The position numbers and the translations under genes were made by a program. DNA of 64,000 nucleotides. Source: an uncultured Candidatus Saccharibacteria bacterium (lineage in GTDB: Bacteria; Patescibacteriota; Minisyncoccia; Phycocordibacterales; JAACPR01). The stretch's first letter is position 1; each line of letters begins with the position of its first letter. Under the pieces are notes generated by a model that ran no database searches, was not told where the DNA came from, and saw nothing but the letters and a program-made list of their open reading frames with translations. Shown here one piece after another: positions 51,401-60,966 of this stretch. The stretch is from assembly GCA_964538855.1 (NCBI GenBank), contig CAZIEY010000003.1, forward strand, positions 34,435 to 98,434. The letters run 5' to 3'.

Positions 51401-52135
51401 ATGCCAATTCTTCAGCTCAAAAACTTCGCAAAGCATTTCGGTGGCGTCAAAGCCGTCTCGGGTGTCGACTGTTCCATTGAAGCGGGGAAAATCACAGGGC
51501 TTATCGGGCCGAACGGGTCAGGGAAATCGACGCTCATTAATTTAGTGACGGGAATTATTCCAAAGGACAAGGGAGTGCTCGTGATTAGCGACGCGGTGCA
51601 CGTCGAAAAAATTCGTCCGTGTGATATGCGAGAATACAAAATTACGCGCACGTTTCAAAACGTTCGTGTGTTCGAACAAATGTCGGTGCTCGATAATATC
51701 ATGCTCGCTTTGACGCATCGCAGCATGTGGCGCACTTTGTTTGAGCGTAACACAAAAATTTATCTTGACCGCGCCGAAGATATTTTGAAATTAATCGGCA
51801 TTCACGAAAAACGACATGAACAAGCCCTGAGCTTGTCATATGGTCAGCGCAAGTTGCTCGAAATTGGACGTGCGATTGCAACTGACGCCGATATTATTTT
51901 GTTTGATGAACCGTACGCAGGACTCTTCCCAGAGATGATTAAAAAAGTTTCCGACATTTTGAAAAAGTTGCGCGAGGAGGGCAAGGCAATTGTTCTTGTC
52001 GAACACAACATGGAAATTATTCGCGACCTCTGCGATCATCTTGTTGTGATGGATTCCGGAACTGTGCTTGCCGAAGGTGACCCGAAAACCGTGCTCGCGC
52101 GACGGGATGTGGTGGAGGCGTATTTGGGGGAGTAA
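51401..52135 (+). CDS. livG: branched-chain amino acid ABC ATPase
   Basis: FGGVKAV, GPNGSGKST, RTFQ, LSYGQRKLLEIGRA, VEAYLG. Confidence 0.93.
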   Translation: MPILQLKNFAKHFGGVKAVSGVDCSIEAGKITGLIGPNGSGKSTLINLVTGIIPKDKGVLVISDAVHVEKIRPCDMREYKITRTFQNVRVFEQMSVLDNIMLALTHRSMWRTLFERNTKIYLDRAEDILKLIGIHEKRHEQALSLSYGQRKLLEIGRAIATDADIILFDEPYAGLFPEMIKKVSDILKKLREEGKAIVLVEHNMEIIRDLCDHLVVMDSGTVLAEGDPKTVLARRDVVEAYLGE

Positions 52136-52218
52136 TTTTGACTTCTCCTGAGAAAATTCTAAAGAAACCCTAAAGTTTTTTGTAGCTTTACCCAATAATA
52201 TATGGATATAGTATTTGA

Positions 52219-52725
52219 GTGAAACACAACATCGCACTGATCGATGGTCAAAATCTACACCTCGGCACAACGCGTAGTGATAATCTGTGGTCTGTTGATT
52301 TTACAAAATTCAGAATATATTTGAGGGATAAATATAATGTTACTGAAGCCTATTATTTTCTTGGGTATTGGGATGAAAAACATCAAAAACTATACAGCAA
52401 TTTAGAAGCTGCTGGTTTTACCATTATTTTTAAACCACATCACAAAAATTCGCCGACTATCAAGAGGGGAAATGTTGATGCCGATATTATTTTTGAAATG
52501 ATGAAGAATATGTGTGAGGATCCAAATTCGGGCAAAATAATTTTGGTTTCCGGCGATGGTGATTATATGAAAGTTGTCGATTATGCCATCAGCAAGAGTA
52601 AATTAGAGAAGATTTTATTTCCAGATAGAAAAAGGGCGTCGTCGTTGTATCGGTCATTACCATTGAATTTTTGGAATGATTTAAGTGATACACTTATAAA
52701 AACCAAGATCGCGTTCCTAAAATGA
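52219..52725 (+). CDS. NYN (LabA/DUF88, PIN-fold) nuclease 2
   Basis: LIDGQNL, GNVDAD, VSGDGDY; GTG start. Confidence 0.9.
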   Translation: MKHNIALIDGQNLHLGTTRSDNLWSVDFTKFRIYLRDKYNVTEAYYFLGYWDEKHQKLYSNLEAAGFTIIFKPHHKNSPTIKRGNVDADIIFEMMKNMCEDPNSGKIILVSGDGDYMKVVDYAISKSKLEKILFPDRKRASSLYRSLPLNFWNDLSDTLIKTKIAFLK

Positions 52726-52775
52726 AAAAGCCTCCTTAGGCAATTAACCGTTCGGATGCTTTTTCGTCGTGATAC
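52723..52775 (-). ncRNA. putative small hairpin RNA convergent on NYN2
   Basis: Downstream of a minus-strand promoter; stem GAAAAAGCATCC/GGAGGCTTTTTC. Confidence 0.5.
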
Positions 52776-52781
52776 CCCATA

Positions 52782-52809
52782 ATTATAAGAAAATTGATGG
52801 GGAAGTCAA
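52782..52809 (-). promoter_or_regulatory. sigma70 promoter facing the NYN2 3' end
   Basis: Minus strand TTGACT-16 nt-TATAAT. Confidence 0.65.
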
Positions 52810-52856
52810 GCGGAAATTTTTTTGACTTCCTCCTCCCGAAGAGTAAAATAGGAAGT

Positions 52857-53987
52857 ATGAAAAAATCAGTAATAATCGTAGTTATCGTATTGATACTTGG
52901 TGGTCTGTATTTTAGTAATAAACAACCTCAGGATACTTCAACAATTAAGATTGGTGGTAACTTTATCCTGTCTGGTTCTCAGGCTCTAGTTGGGGAATTA
53001 CAGAAAAATGCCACAACGATGGCAATCGAAAAGATTAACAGTGATGGCGGTATCAATGGAAAGAAACTCGAATTAGTTCTCGAGGATAGTGCCTATGACT
53101 CTAAGACTAGTTTGAATGCATACAAAGCTCTTTCGGTAAGAGGGATTAATTACATTATTGCTGATGGTAGCCCCGTTGTTTCGAGTATTAGGGAAGTAGC
53201 CGTGAAAGACGGTAATGTATTGATTGTGCCGGGCGCCACAACCCCAACCTATTTCGATGGTTCAAATTTATCATGTCGCATTGCACTTACTGCAAAAACC
53301 CTCGCTCCGGCATTTGTTGAATTGATGAAAAAGAGTGGGTATAAAAAGGTGGCAACATTATTACCTGATAATGAATACGGTAGGGGTGTGGCTAGTGAAT
53401 TGCATAAAAATATTGACAGTATCAGCGGAGAAATTGTCATCGAGGAATTTTATAACGCAACACCGGGTGCAAATGATTATAGAACCAATATTCTTAAAAT
53501 AAAGGGAGAACAAAACAATATCGACACTGTTATTGCGGTACAAGTGGCTAATACAGTTGAGGCGATGCTTGGTCAAATTAAAGAAGTAGGTCTAATGAAA
53601 CCAATCATCAGTGATTATTACACTGTACAAAATCCTGCTTTGAAAAATCTTGCTCTTGCTAATAATGTTGATTATGTTGATTATGAGTACTCTCGAGATG
53701 GTTCTGTTACAGAAAGCGATATAACTAAAAAGTTTAAACAGGATTACAAAGACAAATTCGGCTCGAATCCTGTGTATTTAGCTGCAGCGCATTATGACGT
53801 TGTTAACATTCTCGCACATGCATTACGAGAAGTTGGAGATAATCCACAAAAAGTCGCTGATTATATTAGCTCAATGAAAAATTACCAAGCTGTTACTGGT
53901 ACATTATCATTTGATGATGATTGTGAAGTAGAGCGCGCTACAGTATTTAGAACTGTAGTAGATGGAAAAATTATAGATTTACCGTAA
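52857..53987 (+). CDS. LivJ/LivK-type substrate-binding protein 7
   Basis: IKIGGNFILSG, INSDGGINGKK, DYRT; promoter TTGACT-16-TAAAAT. Confidence 0.9.
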   Translation: MKKSVIIVVIVLILGGLYFSNKQPQDTSTIKIGGNFILSGSQALVGELQKNATTMAIEKINSDGGINGKKLELVLEDSAYDSKTSLNAYKALSVRGINYIIADGSPVVSSIREVAVKDGNVLIVPGATTPTYFDGSNLSCRIALTAKTLAPAFVELMKKSGYKKVATLLPDNEYGRGVASELHKNIDSISGEIVIEEFYNATPGANDYRTNILKIKGEQNNIDTVIAVQVANTVEAMLGQIKEVGLMKPIISDYYTVQNPALKNLALANNVDYVDYEYSRDGSVTESDITKKFKQDYKDKFGSNPVYLAAAHYDVVNILAHALREVGDNPQKVADYISSMKNYQAVTGTLSFDDDCEVERATVFRTVVDGKIIDLP

Positions 53988-53991
53988 ATTT

Positions 53992-54441
53992 ATGGAAAAA
54001 CCTCATCAGGAATCATACATGCGAGATGTGTTGAGTGATTTTTCAGATAGCACATTATCTGATTGGCTTTCGAAAGAAAATCTGCGAGATAAACCGACAC
54101 GAGTGTTTGAAGGATTTGAAATTACTGCCTCGATTGACGGCAATATTGTTCCTAATCGAGAAGTTTCATTGGTAAAGTTACGATCTGGGGTTGCATACCC
54201 ACAACATGTTCATAAAAATTCTGATGCATATGTTGTTATTGTAAGTGGCGAGGCAGTATTGCTCAGTGGAACTAAGGAAACACCGCTAGTATCAGGGGAT
54301 AAAATACAAATACCTCGTGGTATGCCGCACGGATTTAAATTAGCAGAAGGTCAGGTGTTGGAATTTATCTCCATACAATCTCCACCAATTAGAGACCCGA
54401 AATCTGGTGAAGAGGATTTACATCTAACAGATTTGGTTTAA
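53992..54441 (+). CDS. cupin domain protein
   Basis: YPQHVH, SGEA, IPRGMPHGF. Confidence 0.88.
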   Translation: MEKPHQESYMRDVLSDFSDSTLSDWLSKENLRDKPTRVFEGFEITASIDGNIVPNREVSLVKLRSGVAYPQHVHKNSDAYVVIVSGEAVLLSGTKETPLVSGDKIQIPRGMPHGFKLAEGQVLEFISIQSPPIRDPKSGEEDLHLTDLV

Positions 54442-54460
54442 GTTTTGCTATAATATATCA

Positions 54461-55186
54461 ATGCAACCAAAAGAAACTCTGCTCACGTTTCGCGACATAA
54501 AAGTCCACTACGGCGGTGTAAAAGCGCTCGATGGTGTTGATGTGACGCTCGATGAGGGCGAGATTGTGGCGCTTATGGGGCCAAACGGCGCGGGGAAGTC
54601 GACTATTTTGAAGGTCTTGTTCGGGCTCGCGCCAATCAGCGCTGGTCATATCTATTGGCACGGCGTTTCAATTGTGCCAAAATCGTTTGAAATTGTTGAA
54701 CGCGGAATTGCTTTTGTGCCACAGGGGCGTCAGCTTTTTAAAAGTCTCAGTGTTCTCGAAAATTTGGAGATGGGTGGATTTTCAATCAACAGCCGTGCCG
54801 TTCTCAAAAATCGAATTAACGAAGTGCTCGATATTTTTCCAGCACTGCGTCCGAAATTGCATGAGCCGGCTCGAAATTTGTCCGGTGGTCAACAACAAAT
54901 GGTGGCGATTGCACGCGGACTCGTGTCTGATCCAAAAATTTTGCTTCTCGACGAACCGTCACTTGGCCTCTCTCCGAAAATTGTCAAAGAGGTGTTTGCA
55001 AAAATTAAAGAAATTAACGAGCGCCGTAAAACCTCGATTATGATTGTCGAACATAATTTGCATTCAGTGCTCGGCATTGCCGACCGCGCATACGTCTTGG
55101 ACAAAGGTGTTGTCGCCATGCAGGACAAGCCGGCCGCGATTTTGTCATCTGGTATTTTAGAAAAAGTTTTCTTGGCTCGACGATAA
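54461..55186 (+). CDS. livF: branched-chain amino acid ABC ATPase
   Basis: GPNGAGKST, VPQGR, LSGGQQQM, LDEPSLGLSP. Confidence 0.93.
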   Translation: MQPKETLLTFRDIKVHYGGVKALDGVDVTLDEGEIVALMGPNGAGKSTILKVLFGLAPISAGHIYWHGVSIVPKSFEIVERGIAFVPQGRQLFKSLSVLENLEMGGFSINSRAVLKNRINEVLDIFPALRPKLHEPARNLSGGQQQMVAIARGLVSDPKILLLDEPSLGLSPKIVKEVFAKIKEINERRKTSIMIVEHNLHSVLGIADRAYVLDKGVVAMQDKPAAILSSGILEKVFLARR

Positions 55187-55193
55187 TACTTTC

Positions 55194-56336
55194 ATGATAC
55201 AAAATACCCGTACAAAGTTTTTCGTGCTCTGTCTGGGGTTTTTCGCATTGATAGGAAATGTTGAGGCACAGCAACAAGAAATCTTTGATGACTTTCAAGG
55301 CACGTACAGCGCCCGTGTTGTGGAAATTTCAGAATCCGAAACCGTTCCGGTCGGATGGAAAAATATAGATAGTATTGTCCAGACAGTCAAATTGGAATTG
55401 CTGTCAGGCGATCATAAGGGCGAGATGGTTACAATTACAAGCGATTTCCCGCAGATTAAAAATGGTACGCGCGTGTTCGTAAATCACATTATTGATCAGG
55501 CGGGCGAACATCGCTATCACATCACAAACATCGATCGACGAATGTCTTTATACTTCTTTGTTGGATTATTTATTGCGGTAGTCATTGCATTTGGTGGTCG
55601 CCAAGGTGTGCGGTCTCTCATTGCGCTTATTGGTAGTTTTGCTGCGATTTTCTATATTTTAATTCCAGGAATTTTGGCGGGTTGGCATCCGCTCATGGCG
55701 AGTTCCTTGGTTGCATCTGCAGTACTTTTCGTTGCGATCTTTTTGACACATGGTTTTCATCGCGAAGCTGTTGTTGCGTATGTTGGCACGATGATCTCTG
55801 TTACGTTGACGAGTGTTCTGGCTATTCTTGCGGTTTCGGCGACGAAATTGACGGGTTTTTCTGGTGATGAAGCATTTTATTTAAATATCAGCACTGGTGG
55901 TGAACTGAACTTTACTGGACTTTTGCTCGGTGCAATTATTATCGGTATTTTAGGAGTCCTTGATGATATTGCCGTGACCCAATCTGCGGTGGTCAGTGAA
56001 TTATATGCAACAAATCCCGCCACTTCTCCGACTGAAGTTTACAAGCGAGCAATGCGTGTTGGTCGCGAACATGTGAGTGCTCTCGTAAACACACTTGTGC
56101 TCGCTTATACCGGAAGTGCATTACCGGTGCTCATGTTGTTTACGGTCTATAAATATAATTTCGCTACCGTCATTAATTTAGAAGTTATTGCCACCGAAAT
56201 TATTCGCATGATTATCGGCAGTATTGGTCTCATTATAACGGTGCCGATCGTGACGTTCCTTGCTGTGGTCTATTTGAAAGGGCGAGGGCGCATATCAGAG
56301 CACGGCCATGCACATTCGCATTGTCATCACGAATAG
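55194..56336 (+). CDS. YibE/F family membrane protein
   Basis: LGVLDDIAVTQS, VNTLVLAYTG, GSIGLIITVP. Confidence 0.9.
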   Translation: MIQNTRTKFFVLCLGFFALIGNVEAQQQEIFDDFQGTYSARVVEISESETVPVGWKNIDSIVQTVKLELLSGDHKGEMVTITSDFPQIKNGTRVFVNHIIDQAGEHRYHITNIDRRMSLYFFVGLFIAVVIAFGGRQGVRSLIALIGSFAAIFYILIPGILAGWHPLMASSLVASAVLFVAIFLTHGFHREAVVAYVGTMISVTLTSVLAILAVSATKLTGFSGDEAFYLNISTGGELNFTGLLLGAIIIGILGVLDDIAVTQSAVVSELYATNPATSPTEVYKRAMRVGREHVSALVNTLVLAYTGSALPVLMLFTVYKYNFATVINLEVIATEIIRMIIGSIGLIITVPIVTFLAVVYLKGRGRISEHGHAHSHCHHE

Positions 56337-56415
56337 CTTGATTTTATCGAACCTATTAGGTACTATATAGGCCTATTTTCCCCACATACTCCATTAGCAT
56401 AAAACCTTTATATTC

Positions 56416-57711
56416 ATGCTCAAAAACATCATTCTATTTGTTGAGGATGTGCCCAAGAAGTTTTTTGACGACTTGCGCGATTACACTACAAAAACCAACG
56501 AAACATTTCGTGTTGCGGTAATTCGTGATGAGAAAAAACCACTCTCTAAAAACGACGTTGAATTTTTTGCGAAAAATAGCATCATTGATATTCCTTGTAA
56601 TGTCACTGATTCAGAGTCGATTCAGAAAGCACTGCTTTTGTATCAGGAAGAGTTACTCGCGATTACATGTCGTGGTGAGGTTCATGTAGATTTGTTTGCG
56701 AAAATCGTGCCGAATGTGCCGTATTTGAGGACACCGACGAGCGAATCGCTTTTGTGGTCATGCGATAAAATTAAAATGCGTAAACGTTTTCGCGTGCACA
56801 ACAAATCAATTTCTCCGAACTTTTTGGTAGTCAAAGACGACTCTCCGGAAATGATTCAGAAAATTAAAGAAAAGATTGGTTTTCCGCTCATTATTAAGCC
56901 ATCGAATTTGGCGGTGAGTTTGCTCGTATCGATTTGTTTTCATGAGGAGGAGTTAGAGGCTTCGATCAAAAAAGTCTTTAAAAAGATCCGTCGAGTTGGC
57001 GAGGAAAATGGTCGGGCCGAAGTTCCGCGTGTGCTCGTTGAACAATTTATGGAAGGTGAAATGTATTCGGTCGATGCGTATGTAAATTCAAAAGGTGCTG
57101 TGTATTTTTGTCCGGTTGTGCACATCAAAACCGGCCGAGCAATTGGCTTCGATGATTTTTTTGGTTATCAGCAAATTACGCCGACGTTGCTCAAAAAAAC
57201 TTCGATTGAAGCGGCGGAAGCTGTGGCGGAAGATGCAGTGCACGCGCTCGGATTACGTTCAAGTACTGCGCATATCGAATTAATGCGTACTGAAGACGGT
57301 TGGAAAGTGATTGAAATTGGTCCGCGTATTGGAGGCTTTCGCAGGGACTTGTACCAGATGTCGTATGGAATTAATCACGCGATGAACGACGTGCTGATCC
57401 GTATGCCTCGCACACCAATTATTCCTAAAAAGGTGAAAGGCTATTCCGCCGCCATGAAATTCTTCCCGAAACAGGAGGGGATTTTAACGAACCTGACGGG
57501 GATTTTAAAAATCCAGGAATTGAAATCTTTTAAAAAAGTGACTATCAATAAAAAGATTGGCGCCAAGTGTTTGTTTGCAAAAAATGGGGGAGCTAGTATT
57601 TGCAACATTATTTTATTCAATCCATCGCGCTCTGAATTGCTCGCCGATATTCGCCGAATCGAAAGTATGCTTATTATCAAAACTGAAAAAGCTGGTGCCT
57701 CTCAGTCGTAA
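56416..57711 (+). CDS. ATP-grasp ligase (L-amino acid ligase-like)
   Basis: DKIKMR, FPLIIKP, VEQFMEG, HIEL, EIGPRIGG. Confidence 0.85.
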   Translation: MLKNIILFVEDVPKKFFDDLRDYTTKTNETFRVAVIRDEKKPLSKNDVEFFAKNSIIDIPCNVTDSESIQKALLLYQEELLAITCRGEVHVDLFAKIVPNVPYLRTPTSESLLWSCDKIKMRKRFRVHNKSISPNFLVVKDDSPEMIQKIKEKIGFPLIIKPSNLAVSLLVSICFHEEELEASIKKVFKKIRRVGEENGRAEVPRVLVEQFMEGEMYSVDAYVNSKGAVYFCPVVHIKTGRAIGFDDFFGYQQITPTLLKKTSIEAAEAVAEDAVHALGLRSSTAHIELMRTEDGWKVIEIGPRIGGFRRDLYQMSYGINHAMNDVLIRMPRTPIIPKKVKGYSAAMKFFPKQEGILTNLTGILKIQELKSFKKVTINKKIGAKCLFAKNGGASICNIILFNPSRSELLADIRRIESMLIIKTEKAGASQS

Positions 57712-57853
57712 GAAATAATGAAGAAAAGTAGTTAAAATAAGGCTTTCGGAGGATGTTTGGTTTCTCCCAATTAGCATCCGAGAACGAGCTGATTTTGACC
57801 GATAGGGAAAAATACAGCGTACTCATTTTAACTACTTTTCTTCATTATTTCTT
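57710..57853. repeat. structured interspersed element, copy 2 (29-bp perfect terminal inverted repeat)
   Basis: 57710-57738 is the reverse complement of 57825-57853; core homologous to copy 1. Confidence 0.9.
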
Positions 57854-57881
57854 TATATCGATATGCTATACTCCTTACATC

Positions 57882-59585
57882 ATGACACAAGCCGAAGCTC
57901 TCACAATTCTAAAAATGGGCAAAAACGTATTTCTGACTGGTGCCGCTGGTTCAGGAAAAACGTATGTTTTGAATCAATTCATTGATTTTCTTAAGGAAAA
58001 TGATATCGAAGTTGCGATTACTGCTTCAACCGGAATTGCCGCGACACACATCGGGGGTATGACAATTCATTCGTGGTCTGGTATTGGCATCAAAGATTCG
58101 CTCACTGAACATGATTTGGCCGCGATGGAGGAAAAACAATATTTGTGGAAGCGTTTCGAACATGTTCAGGTTTTGATTATCGACGAAGTTTCGATGTTAA
58201 AGGATACCATGCTCGACTCGGTCGATCTCGTGTGTAAATTTTTCAAGCGCAACAATTTACCATTCGGAGGTATTCAAGTTATTTTATCCGGTGATTTTTT
58301 CCAACTCCCGCCAATTGAGAAGAACTCGTATCGTAACCGCGAACCACGAAATACAAGTATGTTTTCTGACGATATGGTATATGAATCGCTCGAAGGTGAT
58401 AATCAGACTCCGTTTGCTTTTCGATCGAAAAGTTGGCGCGACGCGGATTTTCACGTCTGCTATTTAGAGGAGCAACATCGTCAGGATGATATCTCACTTT
58501 TGTCGATTCTTAATGAAATTCGTAGTGGGGAAGTTTCCGAAAAAACTCGCGAGGCGCTCCTTGGAAAAATTGTGACGACTGATAATGATGAGATGACAAA
58601 ATTATATACGCATAATGTTGACGTTGATGCATTTAATAATCGAAAATTAACTGAGCTCAAGAATAAAGAAAAAGTATATGACATGCTCACTACCGGAAAA
58701 GAAGCGGTAGTTGAATCGGCAAAAAAAGGATGTCTTTCTCCAGAACGTTTATGTATCAAGGTTGGTGCGCTCGTGATGTTTGTGAAAAATAATCCGATGC
58801 AAGGTTATGTGAACGGTACGACGGGGAAAGTTGTTGATTTCGAAGATAATTATCCAGTGGTCGAAACCAAGTCAGGCAAAAAATATGTCGCCTATCCGCA
58901 GTCATGGATCATCGCTGATGGTGCCAAAGTGTTGGCAGAAATTTCGCAAGTGCCTCTGAAATTAGCATGGGCTGTTACAATCCACAAAAGTCAGGGTATG
59001 ACACTCGATCAGGCGCACATTGATTTGTCGCAGTCGTTTGTGCCGGGGCAGGGTTACGTGGCGCTCTCGCGAATTCGTTCACTCGATGGCCTGCATTTAA
59101 AGGGGATTAATGAAAAAGCTCTCGAGGTGCACGCGACAGTGTTACAATTCGATCGAACATTGCGCAAATTGTCGGATAATGTGCAGCGGAGAATTGCGCT
59201 TACTCAAGAATCACGACTACAAGAGCATGTTGATAATTTTGTAAAAGCTCGTACTGCAAAAAAATCGAAAAAGAAAAGCATATACGAAATTACGGCTGAT
59301 GATGTGCGTGCGAAAAAAACAATTGCAATGATGTGTGTCGAGCGTGACCTGAGTGAAAGTACGATTTTCAAACATCTCGAAAAAATTGTGGCCGATAAGT
59401 TAGTGACTTTGAAGGAACTCGAATATATAAAACCTAAAACTTCGAAAGAAAGAAAAGTTTTTGCCGAAATTCAGAAAGCTTTCAAAAAACTCGGTGTCAA
59501 GAAACTTAAACCTGTGTATGAATATTTTGACGAGAAATATGACTACCGCATGATTCATTTAGCAAAGATTTTCGCAGGGGAGTAA
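57882..59585 (+). CDS. PIF1/RecD-like SF1B helicase with C-terminal HTH
   Basis: TGAAGSGKT, IDEVSM, GDFFQLPP, TIHKSQGMT, YVALSR. Confidence 0.92.
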   Translation: MTQAEALTILKMGKNVFLTGAAGSGKTYVLNQFIDFLKENDIEVAITASTGIAATHIGGMTIHSWSGIGIKDSLTEHDLAAMEEKQYLWKRFEHVQVLIIDEVSMLKDTMLDSVDLVCKFFKRNNLPFGGIQVILSGDFFQLPPIEKNSYRNREPRNTSMFSDDMVYESLEGDNQTPFAFRSKSWRDADFHVCYLEEQHRQDDISLLSILNEIRSGEVSEKTREALLGKIVTTDNDEMTKLYTHNVDVDAFNNRKLTELKNKEKVYDMLTTGKEAVVESAKKGCLSPERLCIKVGALVMFVKNNPMQGYVNGTTGKVVDFEDNYPVVETKSGKKYVAYPQSWIIADGAKVLAEISQVPLKLAWAVTIHKSQGMTLDQAHIDLSQSFVPGQGYVALSRIRSLDGLHLKGINEKALEVHATVLQFDRTLRKLSDNVQRRIALTQESRLQEHVDNFVKARTAKKSKKKSIYEITADDVRAKKTIAMMCVERDLSESTIFKHLEKIVADKLVTLKELEYIKPKTSKERKVFAEIQKAFKKLGVKKLKPVYEYFDEKYDYRMIHLAKIFAGE

Positions 59586-59625
59586 TCCACGAGACAAAAT
59601 GTGATTTTTCGGTTAAAATAGGCCT

Positions 59626-60966
59626 ATGTTATTTGATTTTTTCTCAAAGAAAAAAGAAAAGGAGATGGTTACGCGTGCTTTGCCGGGCATTTTGGAATTA
59701 TTGCCACAGGATCAGATCGCTTTTAATAAGATGCAGGACATTATTCGCAATGTTTACGAAAGTTACGGCTTTATTCCAATGGATACGTCTGCGATTGAGC
59801 GCGAGGATATTTTGCTTGCCAAAGGAGGTGGTGATAACGAAAAGGAGATGTATCGGATTAAAAAAGGTGACACAGATCTCGCCCTGCGTTTCGATTTGAC
59901 TGTTCCACTCGCACGTTATGTCAGTGAGCACTACCGTGATTTGAATTTTCCATTCAAACGTTACCAAATTGGAAAAGTATACCGCGGCGAACGTCCTCAA
60001 CGTGGACGATATCGAGAACTCTATCAGTGTGACATTGATATTATCGGCGACGAGACGCTCGACATGAAAAATGATGCGCTTATTCCGAGTGTGATTTATT
60101 CTATTTTTAAAAAATTACAAATCGGGCCTTTTGTTATTCGAATCAGTAATCGAAATATTTTGAAGGGGTTTTTAGAAAGTTTAGAGCTTGATTCAAAATC
60201 TCCTGAAATTTTAAAAGTGATTGATAAGAAGCCAAAAATTCCAGCAGAGAAATTTATTGAACTTTTGAAACAATGTGTGCTCACCGATGAACAGGTCGCA
60301 AAGATTTCAGCTTTTGTTGATAAAAAAGGTACAAACGATGTGATTTTGGAGTCTCTCAATGCTGAAAAAATAAATAACGCCACTTATATTCGTGGCGTCG
60401 AAGAATTGTCTGTAGTGATTCAGGCGCTCGATAATTTCCAGGTCCCCAGCGATCATGTCGCGATAGATTTGGCGATTGTGCGTGGTTTGGACTATTACAC
60501 AGGAACGGTGTATGAAACATTTTTAGTAGAGGATCCTGGTCTCGGTTCTATTTGTTCGGGCGGTCGTTACGATGGCTTGGTCCAGAGTTTCAGTGATAAG
60601 AAAATGCCTGGCGTAGGTGCGACAATCGGTTTGACCCGTCTCTTCGTACCATTCAAAGAAAAGGGACTTATCGCAGAAGGTCCTAAAACTCCGACTGATG
60701 TTTTGATTATTCCTCTTGTCGCTGATTTACAAATTCCGGCTAAAATCGCTAACTTTTTACGTACTCGCAAAATCAAATCAGAAATTTTTCTCGAGGATAT
60801 TCCAATGAAAAAGAAATTGAATTACGCAAATAAACAGAATGTGCCTTTTGTAATTTTAATTGGTGAAGACGAAATCAAGAGCGAGAAATATACTCTCAAA
60901 AATATGGAGACGGGTGCACAGCAACAGCTCATACTTGAACAGCTTCCTGATGCGATTAATGGTTAA
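59626..60966 (+). CDS. hisS: histidyl-tRNA synthetase
   Basis: LRFDLTVPLAR, RGERPQRGRYRE, RGLDYYTG, GGRYD. Confidence 0.97.
   Translation: MLFDFFSKKKEKEMVTRALPGILELLPQDQIAFNKMQDIIRNVYESYGFIPMDTSAIEREDILLAKGGGDNEKEMYRIKKGDTDLALRFDLTVPLARYVSEHYRDLNFPFKRYQIGKVYRGERPQRGRYRELYQCDIDIIGDETLDMKNDALIPSVIYSIFKKLQIGPFVIRISNRNILKGFLESLELDSKSPEILKVIDKKPKIPAEKFIELLKQCVLTDEQVAKISAFVDKKGTNDVILESLNAEKINNATYIRGVEELSVVIQALDNFQVPSDHVAIDLAIVRGLDYYTGTVYETFLVEDPGLGSICSGGRYDGLVQSFSDKKMPGVGATIGLTRLFVPFKEKGLIAEGPKTPTDVLIIPLVADLQIPAKIANFLRTRKIKSEIFLEDIPMKKKLNYANKQNVPFVILIGEDEIKSEKYTLKNMETGAQQQLILEQLPDAING

Noticed and set aside
57753-57881. N-terminal extension of the helicase ORF
   Set aside because: Runs through the repeat element; a -10 box precedes ATG 57882, where the helicase-like sequence starts
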